A stretch of 64,000 nt of DNA from an uncultured Muribaculaceae bacterium (GCA_910587185.1 CAJULY010000005.1:25608-89607), one strand, 5' to 3'. Numbered from the stretch's first letter, positions 39,142-49,155 are shown. Notes: generated by a model from the letters alone, not told the origin. Numbers and translations are program-made.

Positions 39142-40707
39142 ATGACTGTTATGGCAAACGATTACAAAATACTTTGGGCTGATGACGAAATAGATCTGCT
39201 GAAGCCTCATATCCTTTTCCTCAAGGCCAAGGGATATGATGTGGAGACGGCCAACAACGGCGCGGACGCCCTTGAGGCGGTGGAGATGCGACATTTCGAC
39301 ATGGTTATTCTCGATGAAAACATGCCCGGGTTGACCGGCCTTGAAACTTTGCAGAGGATTAAAATGATTTCTCCCTCTCTTCCGGTGGTCATGATTACCA
39401 AAAGCGAGGAGGAGAACATAATGGATATGGCGGTCGGAAGCAAGATTGCCGATTATCTCATAAAGCCTGTCAACCCCAATCAGATTCTTCTTTCGATAAA
39501 GAAGATCCTGCATTCGTCAAAACTTGTGTCGGAGGGCTCGACAACGACCTACCGTAGAAATTTCGCTTCCATAGGTGACGCCATTGACCGGGCGTCAACC
39601 ATTGCCGACTGGATGGAACTTTACAGGACTCTTGTCCACTGGGAGATGCAGCTTGAAAACGCCGACACGGCCATGGCGCAGATTCTCGAACAGCAGAAAA
39701 GAGAGGCTGATGTCGCATTCGGCAAGTTTGTGAAACGTAACTATTCCAGGTGGATTGGAGGTGATGACGCGTCCGGCCCGCTGATGAGTCCCCGCCTTGT
39801 CAGAGAAAAACTGTTGCCGTTACTTGATGGAGGAGAAAAGGTGTTCCTTCTGATTATCGACAATTTCCGTCTTGACCAGTGGCGTGCGATAAGTCCGCTT
39901 CTCGCTGAAGATTTCATTGTGGATGACGATTCGCTCTATTGCTCTATTTTGCCGACGGCAACTCAATATGCCCGAAACGCCATTTTTTCCGGCCTCATGC
40001 CATCGGAGATAAAGAGGCGCTATCCCGATCTGTGGGTAGAGGAGGAGAGCGAGGAAAGCAAGAATCCCAACGAGGCCGCATTGCTGCAGTTGCAGTTCGA
40101 GCGTTTGAGACGTCGCTATCGGTTCTCCTACAATAAAATCAACGACTCGGCCTCGGCCGAAGACTTTCTGCGTGATTTCTCCTCATTGGGTGGCAATGAC
40201 CTGAACGTGGTTGTCCTTAATTTCATCGACATGCTTTCACATGCCCGCACTGAATCGAAAATGATCCGGGAACTTGCGGCCAACAACGCTGCCTATCGCT
40301 CCCTGACAGAATCTTGGTTCCGCCATTCGAAAGCTCTCGACATCTTCCGCGCCGTCGCTTCGAAAGGATGTAAAGTAGTGCTTACGAGCGATCACGGCAC
40401 AGTCCGGGTCGCTAATCCTGTGAAAGTCACGGGCGACCGCAACACAAACACCAATCTCCGCTACAAAACCGGCCGCAATCTAAAATATGATCCTTCGGAA
40501 GTCTTCCGCATGGCCAGACCCGATGAATTCGGACTTTCGGCGTCGGGCATTATGACGGAATATATTTTTGCCGCGGGCGACGATTTTTTTGTCTATCCAA
40601 ACAATAGCAATCATTATTCACGTTATTATGACGGAACATTCCAGCATGGCGGCATATCGCTCGAAGAAATGCTTGTGCCCGTCATAACGCTTGATCCCCG
40701 AAAATAA
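39142..40707 (+). CDS. porX: T9SS response regulator PorX (receiver + PglZ)
   Basis: ILWADDEIDLLKPH, LDENMPG, IIDNFRLDQW, SILPTATQYARNAIF, FQHGGIS; followed by tsaE. Confidence 0.93.
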   Translation: MTVMANDYKILWADDEIDLLKPHILFLKAKGYDVETANNGADALEAVEMRHFDMVILDENMPGLTGLETLQRIKMISPSLPVVMITKSEEENIMDMAVGSKIADYLIKPVNPNQILLSIKKILHSSKLVSEGSTTTYRRNFASIGDAIDRASTIADWMELYRTLVHWEMQLENADTAMAQILEQQKREADVAFGKFVKRNYSRWIGGDDASGPLMSPRLVREKLLPLLDGGEKVFLLIIDNFRLDQWRAISPLLAEDFIVDDDSLYCSILPTATQYARNAIFSGLMPSEIKRRYPDLWVEEESEESKNPNEAALLQLQFERLRRRYRFSYNKINDSASAEDFLRDFSSLGGNDLNVVVLNFIDMLSHARTESKMIRELAANNAAYRSLTESWFRHSKALDIFRAVASKGCKVVLTSDHGTVRVANPVKVTGDRNTNTNLRYKTGRNLKYDPSEVFRMARPDEFGLSASGIMTEYIFAAGDDFFVYPNNSNHYSRYYDGTFQHGGISLEEMLVPVITLDPRK

Positions 40708-40732
40708 ATCAACAAATTAAAAAACAAGTTAT

Positions 40733-41176
40733 ATGTCACGACACATTATTGAAATTCCCGATCTGGAGGCGCTCCCCGAAGCCGCAGAGAAATTTATCGG
40801 ACTGATGGGCGACCACACTGTCTTTGCCTTCAACGGCGAGATGGGTGCAGGAAAAACTACTTTCATCTCCGCACTGTCGCGGGCATTAGGCGTCACCGAA
40901 GATGTCGCTTCCTCCCCGTCGTTCGCCATTGTCAACGAATACCGTTCGGACACCACGGCGGAGCTCATCTATCATTTCGATCTTTATCGGCTGAAAAATC
41001 TGGAGGAAGCACTCGAAATCGGCATAGAGGATTACTTTGACTCGGGCGCCCTCTGCCTGATCGAATGGCCTGACCGCGCGGCTGATGTACTCCCGCTTGA
41101 CACGGTAAATGTCACCGTTGAGGCCGATTCGGCAGGCGGACGCCGTCTTGTGGTGGACATTCCTGACGAGGAATGA
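40733..41176 (+). CDS. tsaE: tRNA t6A biosynthesis ATPase
   Basis: GEMGAGKTT, SPSFAIVNEY, YHFDLYRL, LIEWP. Confidence 0.95.
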   Translation: MSRHIIEIPDLEALPEAAEKFIGLMGDHTVFAFNGEMGAGKTTFISALSRALGVTEDVASSPSFAIVNEYRSDTTAELIYHFDLYRLKNLEEALEIGIEDYFDSGALCLIEWPDRAADVLPLDTVNVTVEADSAGGRRLVVDIPDEE

Positions 41177-41325
41177 TCCGCTTGTAATTGCCGTTTTTTT
41201 CGTCGCTTTTCAGATTTGGCGAAAAAATCTGCATGAAATTGTTGGCTGTTTGAAAAAAAGAATGTAACTTTGCAGCGCAAAAGAGAGAAAGATTATATTC
41301 TTTACAAGGTGCCAACATTAAAAAT

Positions 41326-41398
41326 GACTCCGTAGCTCAGTTGGTAGAGCAAGTGACTCTTAATCACTGGGTCGAGAGTTCGAGCCTCTCCGGGGTCA
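41326..41398 (+). tRNA. tRNA-Lys (CTT)
   Basis: Cloverleaf: GACTCCG/CGGGGTC acceptor, AGTGA-CTCTTAA-TCACT anticodon arm, GTTCGAG T loop; TAACTTTG promoter at 41265-41272. Confidence 0.97.
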
Positions 41399-41408
41399 CA
41401 AAGTAAAT

Positions 41409-41450
41409 AAGCCAAATTGCTAACCTACAGCAGTTTGGCTTGTTTCTTTT
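41409..41450 (+). terminator. Hairpin after tRNA-Lys (duplicated at 48910-48942)
   Basis: AAGCCAAATTGCT / AGCAGTTTGGCTT stem with T-rich tail. Confidence 0.7.
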
Positions 41451-41591
41451 CTCGAAATTGTCTGCAAAATCATATCATCACCTCACGTTATTCCGAAAGA
41501 ACACAATTTATTCTCGCTTTTACGAACTTTCATATCCATAGATTTGTTTTGCAACTAAAATTTAGTTACTTTTGTGTCCATATAAAACCGC

Positions 41592-41846
41592 ATGGGAACA
41601 AAAGAAAAACTGATAGCCCGTTTCTCGGTACTCCCCAATGGTTTCACATGGGAGGAAATGAGGCGTCTGCTTGTTGCTTTGGGATACGTTCCGGGCAACA
41701 AAGGTAAGACATCCGGCTCTCGCGTAATTTTCAAAGGTGAGGGAATGAAGCCGATAATGCTTCACAAACCGCATCCGGGAAATATCATCAAAGGGTACGT
41801 TATGAAACAGGTTTATGATTATCTAAAAAACGAAGGACTGATATGA
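41592..41846 (+). CDS. hicA: HicA-family toxin
   Basis: GKTSGSRV...LHKPHPG...KGY motif; overlaps the hicB start. Confidence 0.88.
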   Translation: MGTKEKLIARFSVLPNGFTWEEMRRLLVALGYVPGNKGKTSGSRVIFKGEGMKPIMLHKPHPGNIIKGYVMKQVYDYLKNEGLI

Positions 41847-42181
41847 ATACATTGAAATATAAGGATTTTATCGGCTCAGTTGCATTCAGCGAAGCCGACG
41901 GCGTATTCTTCGGTAAAATCGAAGGCATTGACGGTCTTGTGAATTTTGAGGGCGAAAGCGTTGCCGAACTCACCAACGCCTTTCATGATGCCGTTGACGA
42001 TTACCTTGCCTATTGTGCAGAGGAAGGTATCGAACCCCACAAAAGTTATTCCGGATCGCTTAACGTACGCCTTACTCCCGAAATACACACCCGCGTGGCA
42101 TATCTCGCCAAACAAGCCGGAGTTTCAATCAATTCTTTCATTCGTACTGCCGTTGAAAAGCAGATTGCCGCCATGCTCTGA
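41843..42181 (+). CDS. hicB: HicB-family antitoxin
   Basis: LKYKDFIGSV...AFHDAVDDYL...KSYSGSLNVRL plus RHH tail. Confidence 0.92.
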   Translation: MNTLKYKDFIGSVAFSEADGVFFGKIEGIDGLVNFEGESVAELTNAFHDAVDDYLAYCAEEGIEPHKSYSGSLNVRLTPEIHTRVAYLAKQAGVSINSFIRTAVEKQIAAML

Positions 42182-42218
42182 CGGTCGGCTTATGTTATTT
42201 ACAGGATTCTGCCTCCTA

Positions 42219-43127
42219 TTATTTTATTTGATGTCTCTTTAAGAACTTTGACGGTGCCATACCTTCGATTCTATTGAATAGCCGGGTGAGGTGTGTCGGA
42301 TATCCGAAGCCAAGAGTATAGGCTGTTTCTGCAATGGAGTGTCCCTCCATCAGCATACTTTTAGCCCGATTGACAATGTATTTACCTATAAATCTTATTG
42401 CTGACTCCCCGGTTTCCTGACGGATTAAGTCACCGAGATAGTTCGGGACTATACAAAGTCTTTCGGCACACTCCCTGACTGTGGGCCGTCCCAAAGTAAG
42501 CTGCTCCGAATTTGTGTAATAGTCATTCAAGATTTCTTCAAACCTGCTGACGATATGACTTGATTTGCTCGCCGGAAGATTGAAATGGCGATTGAAAAAC
42601 AACTGACAATAGGATAGTATCAACTCTATGAGCTTTCTTATGACAACTTCTGCATTAGAGCCGGAGATTTCTTCCTTGAGCATGGAAAGCAGACATACGA
42701 ACTTCTCTCTGTCATTCCCGTTCATAGGCAGAGCCTCGTTGACATGATAATGAAAGAACTCATATTTCAGTAAAGTCTTTTCAAAGTCCGTACCGTGGAA
42801 AAAGGACGGGTGAAACAACAAAGCCCACCCTTTGCGTCTGAATGTCGTGCCGTCATCGCTTGAGCCTCCTATCTGCGAAGGAGCCACGCAAACCAGACTT
42901 CCACAATGATAATCATATCCGCCACTGCCGTAACCGAGTGATTCGTCAGTGTCGTCAAGCAGGAATAATCCATACACTCCCCATAGTGTACGGGAGTGTC
43001 TTATCTGTCCAATCTCGTCGTAATGCACCACACTGACTGATGGATTGACTGTGGGAACACCGATGTATCGGTTATAATCCCCGACACATCTTACTTTCAA
43101 ATCATATCGCCTGTTGTCCTCTTTCAT
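42219..43127 (-). CDS. AraC-family transcriptional regulator
   Basis: C-terminal PNYLGDLIRQETG...IAETAYTLGFGYPTHLTRLF. Confidence 0.9.
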   Translation of the reverse strand: MKEDNRRYDLKVRCVGDYNRYIGVPTVNPSVSVVHYDEIGQIRHSRTLWGVYGLFLLDDTDESLGYGSGGYDYHCGSLVCVAPSQIGGSSDDGTTFRRKGWALLFHPSFFHGTDFEKTLLKYEFFHYHVNEALPMNGNDREKFVCLLSMLKEEISGSNAEVVIRKLIELILSYCQLFFNRHFNLPASKSSHIVSRFEEILNDYYTNSEQLTLGRPTVRECAERLCIVPNYLGDLIRQETGESAIRFIGKYIVNRAKSMLMEGHSIAETAYTLGFGYPTHLTRLFNRIEGMAPSKFLKRHQIK

Positions 43128-43342
43128 GTGAACTGTATGTACCGCAAATTTAATCATTATTTTCGACAATCAGTAAAATTGGCAATTATTTCGGTAATTG
43201 CCGACGGTCGGAGCGATTATCCCTCTGTAATTTTGCATCAAAAAATGGACAGATGAAAAAGTATGTTACATGCCAGACAAAGTGTTAGCATAACAAAGAA
43301 TATGTCCGCGCATCACTAATTAAATGATTATAGTCAGAGTTC

Positions 43343-44338
43343 ATGAAATACAGAGTAATGATGATCATTGCCGTAATTCTTTCATCGGTAACGGCAATCC
43401 ATACATACGCGCAAAAGAGCCATAATACAATAGACAATATGGAAAAGAAATGCATAGGCAATCAAATTGCACTTTATCCGAAACCTATGACGGTTATCGG
43501 AACGGAAGTAGATGGCAAGGTCAACTGGCTTGTCGTGGGACCTACCGGCATTATAGGCCACGACCGGATTTTCGTTAGCATGAGCAAGAGCCATTATAGC
43601 AACCAAGGCATACAAGAGTCAAAAAAGTTATCAATCAACCTCGTGAGCCGGCAAATGCTTCCGAAAGCCAACTATGTGGGTAGCGTAAGCGGTTCGTCTG
43701 TCGATAAATCGGAGGTTTTTGAATATCATTGGGGTGAGAACGGCACTCCTTTAATAGATGTGTCTCCGTTGAGCATGGAGTGTGATGTGGTGGATATATA
43801 CGAGACCGAAGGCTTCGACAATTTTATATGCTCCGTAACCCACACCTATGCTTCTCCGGATGTGCTTGACGGCGAAGGAAAACTTGACTATACGCGGCTT
43901 AAGCCGGTATTGTTTGAATTTCCGACTTACTCCTATCTCGCGACAGGTGAGATAATCGGGAAATGTATGAAACTGGACAGCACGCGGGGAATGTGTGCGA
44001 AAGATCCAATGGGTGCTGACGGTTTTGTCCGGCTGTCTAAAATAGAGGTTTTCCCGCAATTCCTGGAGGAGTATATGAAATACGCAACCGAAGTGGGCGA
44101 AGTGTCACTCCGTACAGAGCCGGGGGTATTGACCATGTATGCGGTCGGAGAAAAAGATAATCCATGCAAAATCACCATTCTTGAAACCTATGCAAGCAAG
44201 GCTGCTTACGATGCGCATATCGCTTCGGAGCATTTTCAAAAATACAAACAGGGAACGCTGCACATGGTCAAGTCGCTGGTCTTGTCAGACCAGATGCCAC
44301 TCAACCCGGCAAATCGGATTGAGAACTACATTCAGTAA
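43343..44338 (+). CDS. Flavin reductase-like domain fused to ABM/quinol monooxygenase domain
   Basis: LYPKPMTVIG...SMEC flavin-reductase region; EPGVL...LETYASKAAYDAHIASEHF ABM region. Confidence 0.8.
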   Translation: MKYRVMMIIAVILSSVTAIHTYAQKSHNTIDNMEKKCIGNQIALYPKPMTVIGTEVDGKVNWLVVGPTGIIGHDRIFVSMSKSHYSNQGIQESKKLSINLVSRQMLPKANYVGSVSGSSVDKSEVFEYHWGENGTPLIDVSPLSMECDVVDIYETEGFDNFICSVTHTYASPDVLDGEGKLDYTRLKPVLFEFPTYSYLATGEIIGKCMKLDSTRGMCAKDPMGADGFVRLSKIEVFPQFLEEYMKYATEVGEVSLRTEPGVLTMYAVGEKDNPCKITILETYASKAAYDAHIASEHFQKYKQGTLHMVKSLVLSDQMPLNPANRIENYIQ

Positions 44339-44354
44339 CATCAAGAGACAGACG

Positions 44355-45269
44355 ATGAGCCAAATAATAAAAACGATGCTTGCCATAGCCTTCATATTAG
44401 GCATGGCAGGTCAACCAAAAGCACAGAATATGAGCAAAGTACCCACAATCAGACTGAACAACGGCACCGAGATGCCTCAACTCGGTGTCGGGACATTCCT
44501 TGTTACCGGAAAAGACGCCCCAGGTAAAATCTTCTATGCCCTCCGTCATGGCTATCGCCTTATCGACACCGCACAGGCATACGGTAACGAAAAAGAGGTC
44601 GGAGAAGGAATCAAGACAAGCGGAGTGGAAAGAGACAGCATCTTCGTCACCTCAAAAATTTCGCCCGACGCTATGCGTGGCGGCGCAGAGGCAGTCCGCG
44701 AGTCGATAGAAAGAAGTCTTGCAGACCTCGGCACAGGATACATCGACCTGATGCTCATCCACTGGCCCGTCGCCGGTAAAATCAGGGAAATATGGCAGAT
44801 TATGGAGGAATTTGTGGATAGCGGTAAAATCCGTTCCATCGGATTAAGCAATTTCAATCCGAGCCATATCGACGAGGTTCTTTCTTTCGCCCGCATACGC
44901 CCTGTTCTTAATCAGATAGAGATTCACCCGTACATGACGCAGTTCAATGTGTCGGGATATAACTTCCGAAACGGCATACAGACCGAGGCATGGGGCCCGC
45001 TTGGACAGGGAGTAACAGGTGAACTTGAAGACCCTGCAATATTGGAGATTGCAAAAAGACATAACAAATCGGCGGCACAGGTCATTCTCCGATGGCATAT
45101 GCAACGGGGACTGATTACCATGCCACGTTGCGACAACCCCGAATACGTCAGTGAGAACGCAGACATATTCGATTTCGAGTTATCGCCTGCAGAAATGGAG
45201 ATAATAAGCGGACTGAACAGAAACCAGCGCACCAACGAGAAAAACGATCCGGATAAATTCCCGTGGTAA
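44355..45269 (+). CDS. Aldo/keto reductase
   Basis: IDTAQAYGNE, FVTSK, YIDLMLIHWP, SIGLSNF, NQIEIHP; start reassigned to MSQIIK. Confidence 0.93.
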   Translation: MSQIIKTMLAIAFILGMAGQPKAQNMSKVPTIRLNNGTEMPQLGVGTFLVTGKDAPGKIFYALRHGYRLIDTAQAYGNEKEVGEGIKTSGVERDSIFVTSKISPDAMRGGAEAVRESIERSLADLGTGYIDLMLIHWPVAGKIREIWQIMEEFVDSGKIRSIGLSNFNPSHIDEVLSFARIRPVLNQIEIHPYMTQFNVSGYNFRNGIQTEAWGPLGQGVTGELEDPAILEIAKRHNKSAAQVILRWHMQRGLITMPRCDNPEYVSENADIFDFELSPAEMEIISGLNRNQRTNEKNDPDKFPW

Positions 45270-45390
45270 TCAAACTCTATGTCTGTTCGCAATACGCGAT
45301 TTGAATTTACAGAACTCTCATAATAAGAGGCAGGAACAAACCTGCCTCTTTGTATATCATAAAATAATCATTCAAAGAACAAGGTTTTAA

Positions 45391-46453
45391 TTGTCGATAC
45401 CTCCGAATCCGAGAGTTGTTAGGATTATGGAGGTGGCAAAACTGCCGCCCGGTGCCGTCGTGGTAACAGCGATGAAATTCACCCACGGTACAGCGCAAAA
45501 GTTAATCAACTGGCAAAAATGCGAGGGATACAAGTTCCCCGTTATTATCATAATAGATAACATTAACGCTGTAGATCTTCTCTCGGTGATGCGCGACGGT
45601 GGCGCTGTTGACATTATCCAACGACCGGCCATCGACAAGCAACTAATTGAACCCGTCAGAAAGTATGCGAAGCCGGAAAGCATTGTAGCTCAGCTTGACA
45701 ATGCGCTGATTCCACGACGCAGCAAGAAATTCAAGGAGATTGAATAGTCTATCGGGCGCATAGACCAAACCAACGCCAACTGCATCATCTTTGGCGAAAG
45801 CGGTATGGGCAAGAAGCAGATTGCCCGGCAAATCTATCTCTAAAGCTCCCGGACACAGAAGCCAATAACGGTAATCGAGGCAGGAGGCGCGGAGCTTGTG
45901 GGCCTGCACGACCCTAAATCCGACCGCAACGAGATGTATAACCGCATCAAGAGCTACTTCCATAACGCTGCCGGCGGCACTATCATCCTAAAAAAACATC
46001 CAGTTGCTAAACTTCGAGAAACAATCTGTGTTCCTCCACATTCTCTCGTAGGAACACCCAGATGTGAGGATGATATGTACCGCCAATGGAACACTGATGA
46101 AAATGCTTGCTGAGGAAGATTTACGAGACAACCTTTTCTATATGTTGCGCCAGTCGGGTATCACTGTGCCTCCATTGCGCGAGATGACCGAGGATATTCC
46201 GGACATTGCCGATTATCTTCTCGCAGTATATGCGCATAAGACATCCCAGACGAGAAAGCGACTCGACGCATCGGCAATCAAGGCTCTGAAACTTTATTCC
46301 TGGCCGGGCAATATCCGTGAACTGAAAGATTCCATTCTAATGGCCGACTTTCATGCCGATGGTGACGCCATATCTACCGATGGCCTTGTTTTCAGCGACA
46401 TCCAACCGGAAACTGCCGAATGTGTCCGAAAAGACACTGATTCAGCTCCGTAA
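45391..46453 (+). pseudogene. Decayed NtrC/RteB-like sigma54-interaction response regulator
   Basis: Walker A GESGMGK and YSWPGNIREL, interrupted by TAG 45745, TAA 45841 and a frameshift near the A-run at ~45990. Confidence 0.8.
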
Positions 46454-46543
46454 GAAGCACCACGCATTTCCCACTAAGGCAATACCAGAGACGTCACTAA
46501 GAAGCGTGAATTGCACGCTTTTTGTCAATAATTCATAGTTTGC

Positions 46544-46606
46544 TGAATAAAATAAGCCCTATTTTATTCAATACAATGATTTGATTGAATAAAATCGCTA
46601 TATTTG
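46544..46606 (+). promoter_or_regulatory. TATATTTG promoter box with three TGAATAAAAT motifs (two direct, one inverted)
   Basis: Motifs at 46544-46553, 46561-46570 (inverted) and 46586-46595; -7 box at 46599-46606. Confidence 0.6.
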
Positions 46607-46625
46607 CAGTCTAAAACGGACTGTA

Positions 46626-47864
46626 ATGAAAACAACGATACTCAATCAGCGGGCAGAGCGCGACGAATTGTTGTCGCGCCCTTATCAGCGACGCCATACC
46701 AAGTATGACGCTGACGAACTTTTGCAGAACCCGCTTATCAAACTTATAACCGGCCCTCGTCGCGTAGGCAAATCCGTTTTTGCCCTGCTGATGTTGCAAG
46801 GCAAGAATTTTGCCTACCTCAATTTTGACGATAGCCAGTTGCTTGAAAAATGGGACGAGGATCTGGCAATGTCAGCACTTGATGATGTCTATCCCGATTA
46901 TGACTTCATGCTGCTTGATGAAATTCAGAATCTTCCTGATTGGGATTTGTGGGTAAGCAAACTCTACCGTCGTGGAAAGAATCTGATAATAACCGGCAGC
47001 AATGCAAAGATGTTGAGCAGTGAAATGGCGACGGTTCTGACCGGTCGTTATTTACAGATTGAGATGTTGCCTTTCAGCCTTGAAGAAACCATGAGTTGGA
47101 AAAACATCCGCCCCGACCGGGAAGAACAGGCGGCACAGGCAATAATGCTGGCTGATGACTATATGCGAAACGGTGGGTATCCTGAAACAATCCCTGCCCG
47201 TAGCATAACCAAAAGCTATCTTTCCACACTGTTTGATTCAATCCTGCTGAAAGATGTCGCACAACGTCATAAAGTGAGAAATACTTCTGATCTATATAAT
47301 CTTGCCTCCTATCTGTTGTCAAACTTCTGCAATCCGATTTCTGCCAACGAACTTGCCGGCGAACTGAGTTTGTCAAGTGTAGCGACAACAAAGAAATTCT
47401 GCGACTATCTCAACGAGCCTTACCTGTTCTTCTATTTGCCGCGCTTCAACAACAAGCTGAAACTGATGAACAAGGCTCCGAAAAAGGTATATGTTGTTGA
47501 CAACGGTTTTGTGCAAAGTACAGCGTTCAATCTGAGCGAAAATCTCGGCAGACTGTTGGAAAACCAAGTCTTTGTAGAACTCCTGCGCCGTGTCTATATC
47601 CCCGGACAAACGCTTTTCTATTATCGCACCCGCAACGATAAAGAGATAGATTTTGTCACCCGTAAAGGCACGAAAGTGGAACAACTAATCCAAGTCTGTT
47701 ACGACATGACCTCCGAGAAAACCCGTAAACGCGAACTCGACGCTCTCGTCGAAGCCGCCGAAGAACTCCACTGCGACAATCTCCTTGTCATTACTAACGC
47801 CCACCAAGTAGTAGTTGAATGGAGAGATCTAACAATAAATATAGTCTCAATCAATAAGTTTTAA
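46626..47864 (+). CDS. AAA_14/DUF4143-type ATP-binding protein
   Basis: GPRRVGKS, LLDEIQ, ITGSN, GGYPE, LLENQV, EIDFV...IQVC nuclease-like tail. Confidence 0.9.
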   Translation: MKTTILNQRAERDELLSRPYQRRHTKYDADELLQNPLIKLITGPRRVGKSVFALLMLQGKNFAYLNFDDSQLLEKWDEDLAMSALDDVYPDYDFMLLDEIQNLPDWDLWVSKLYRRGKNLIITGSNAKMLSSEMATVLTGRYLQIEMLPFSLEETMSWKNIRPDREEQAAQAIMLADDYMRNGGYPETIPARSITKSYLSTLFDSILLKDVAQRHKVRNTSDLYNLASYLLSNFCNPISANELAGELSLSSVATTKKFCDYLNEPYLFFYLPRFNNKLKLMNKAPKKVYVVDNGFVQSTAFNLSENLGRLLENQVFVELLRRVYIPGQTLFYYRTRNDKEIDFVTRKGTKVEQLIQVCYDMTSEKTRKRELDALVEAAEELHCDNLLVITNAHQVVVEWRDLTINIVSINKF

Positions 47865-47884
47865 ACAAAGGAATTATAATAAAA

Positions 47885-48727
47885 ATGTCAAAAAAAGAAA
47901 ATAAGGATTGCTTTGTAATTATGCCTATTGCTGAGTGTGAGGGCTACGAACCTAATCACTTTGCACATGTATATAATGACATTATAAAACCGGCTGTTGC
48001 TAAAACGGATTATATAGCAACGAGAGCTGATGAAGTAAAAGAGACAAACTTAATTCATTTGGATATTCTTAAAAAGCTAATAGATGCACCTATTGCAATA
48101 TGCGATTTAAGCACGAGAAATCCTAATGTCCTATTTGAATTAGGTATTAGACAGGCTTTTGATAAGCCAGTCGTTTTAATTCAAGAGAAAGGCACACCTA
48201 AAATTTTCGATATTGCACCCTTAAGATATTTGGAATACTCTAAGGATATGCGCTATCATGAGGTTATTGAAACTCAAAATAAATTATGCGAGGCTATTAA
48301 TGCTACTAAGGGGGCAGAAACAGAAGCCGGCAACATAAATTCAATAGTTAAATTAATGGCTTTAAGTTCACCGGCTCTTATGCCTAATTTGGATAATAAC
48401 AATAAGGAGTTGCTATCTCTTGATGTCGTTCGGTCTCAAATATCTGATTTAAGAATGATGATGGAAATGATGATGCATGAAAGTCGTCGTCCATCGGCAA
48501 AGCCAGTATCAATGGTGGCAGTTGAATATGAACGAATATCCAATAAATTGGAAAAATTAGCTACGGGCAAATTAAGTTTATCTCAGGCAGACATGGAATA
48601 CTCAAAGTTAATGCAAGAAACCGAAGCGTTAATGATGAATTGCTCGAATGAAAATGAACATATGATGTTAAAATTTTTAATGGATAGGGTTTATCGTCAA
48701 AGAGAAGAGTTTTTCAGAAATAGATGA
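47885..48727 (+). CDS. Nucleoside 2-deoxyribosyltransferase/TIR-like domain protein
   Basis: CFVIMP...RADE...ICDLSTRNPNVLFELGIRQAFDKPVVLI...FDI pattern; helical C-terminus; AT-rich. Confidence 0.7.
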   Translation: MSKKENKDCFVIMPIAECEGYEPNHFAHVYNDIIKPAVAKTDYIATRADEVKETNLIHLDILKKLIDAPIAICDLSTRNPNVLFELGIRQAFDKPVVLIQEKGTPKIFDIAPLRYLEYSKDMRYHEVIETQNKLCEAINATKGAETEAGNINSIVKLMALSSPALMPNLDNNNKELLSLDVVRSQISDLRMMMEMMMHESRRPSAKPVSMVAVEYERISNKLEKLATGKLSLSQADMEYSKLMQETEALMMNCSNENEHMMLKFLMDRVYRQREEFFRNR

Positions 48728-49155
48728 GAAGAGTAGTTTAATTTCAAATAAATTACTCTCTTTGTAATATCCCAATGAAACAATGGGGAAGAACATTGAA
48801 ATAGTGTCGTGTGCAATTCGTGAACAACGGATAAGACAGCATTACAATATTCTGAAATCCACTTAGTTACAACGATATATCCCGGCTTCTCCGGGGTTAC
48901 CAATCGATTAAGCCAAATTGCTAATTTACAGCAGTTTGGCTTAATTATTTCTATGAAATGTCTGCAAAAATCATAAATTATCTTGCAGCGGAAAGGGAGT
49001 AGATTATAGAAAACCGCAGAAGCTGAGAGGCGCCCCAAGAGGGTGGGCTCCTGCATCCTTGACTAAGATAAACGTGTTGAACTCCAATTAGTTAATGGGG
49101 CAGGTGTAATTTCATGCTGATTTCGGGGGGATGTCTGAAGGATGCGTTTGCAGAC

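Larger units (their letters stand above)
41387..48975. mobile_element. Degenerate genomic island integrated at the tRNA-Lys 3' end (no integrase inside)
   Basis: ~88-bp imperfect direct repeat 41387-41474 vs 48888-48975 (TCTCCGGGGT core plus TAAGCCAAATTGCTAA..TACAGCAGTTTGGCTT); lower GC; typical cargo. Confidence 0.8.
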
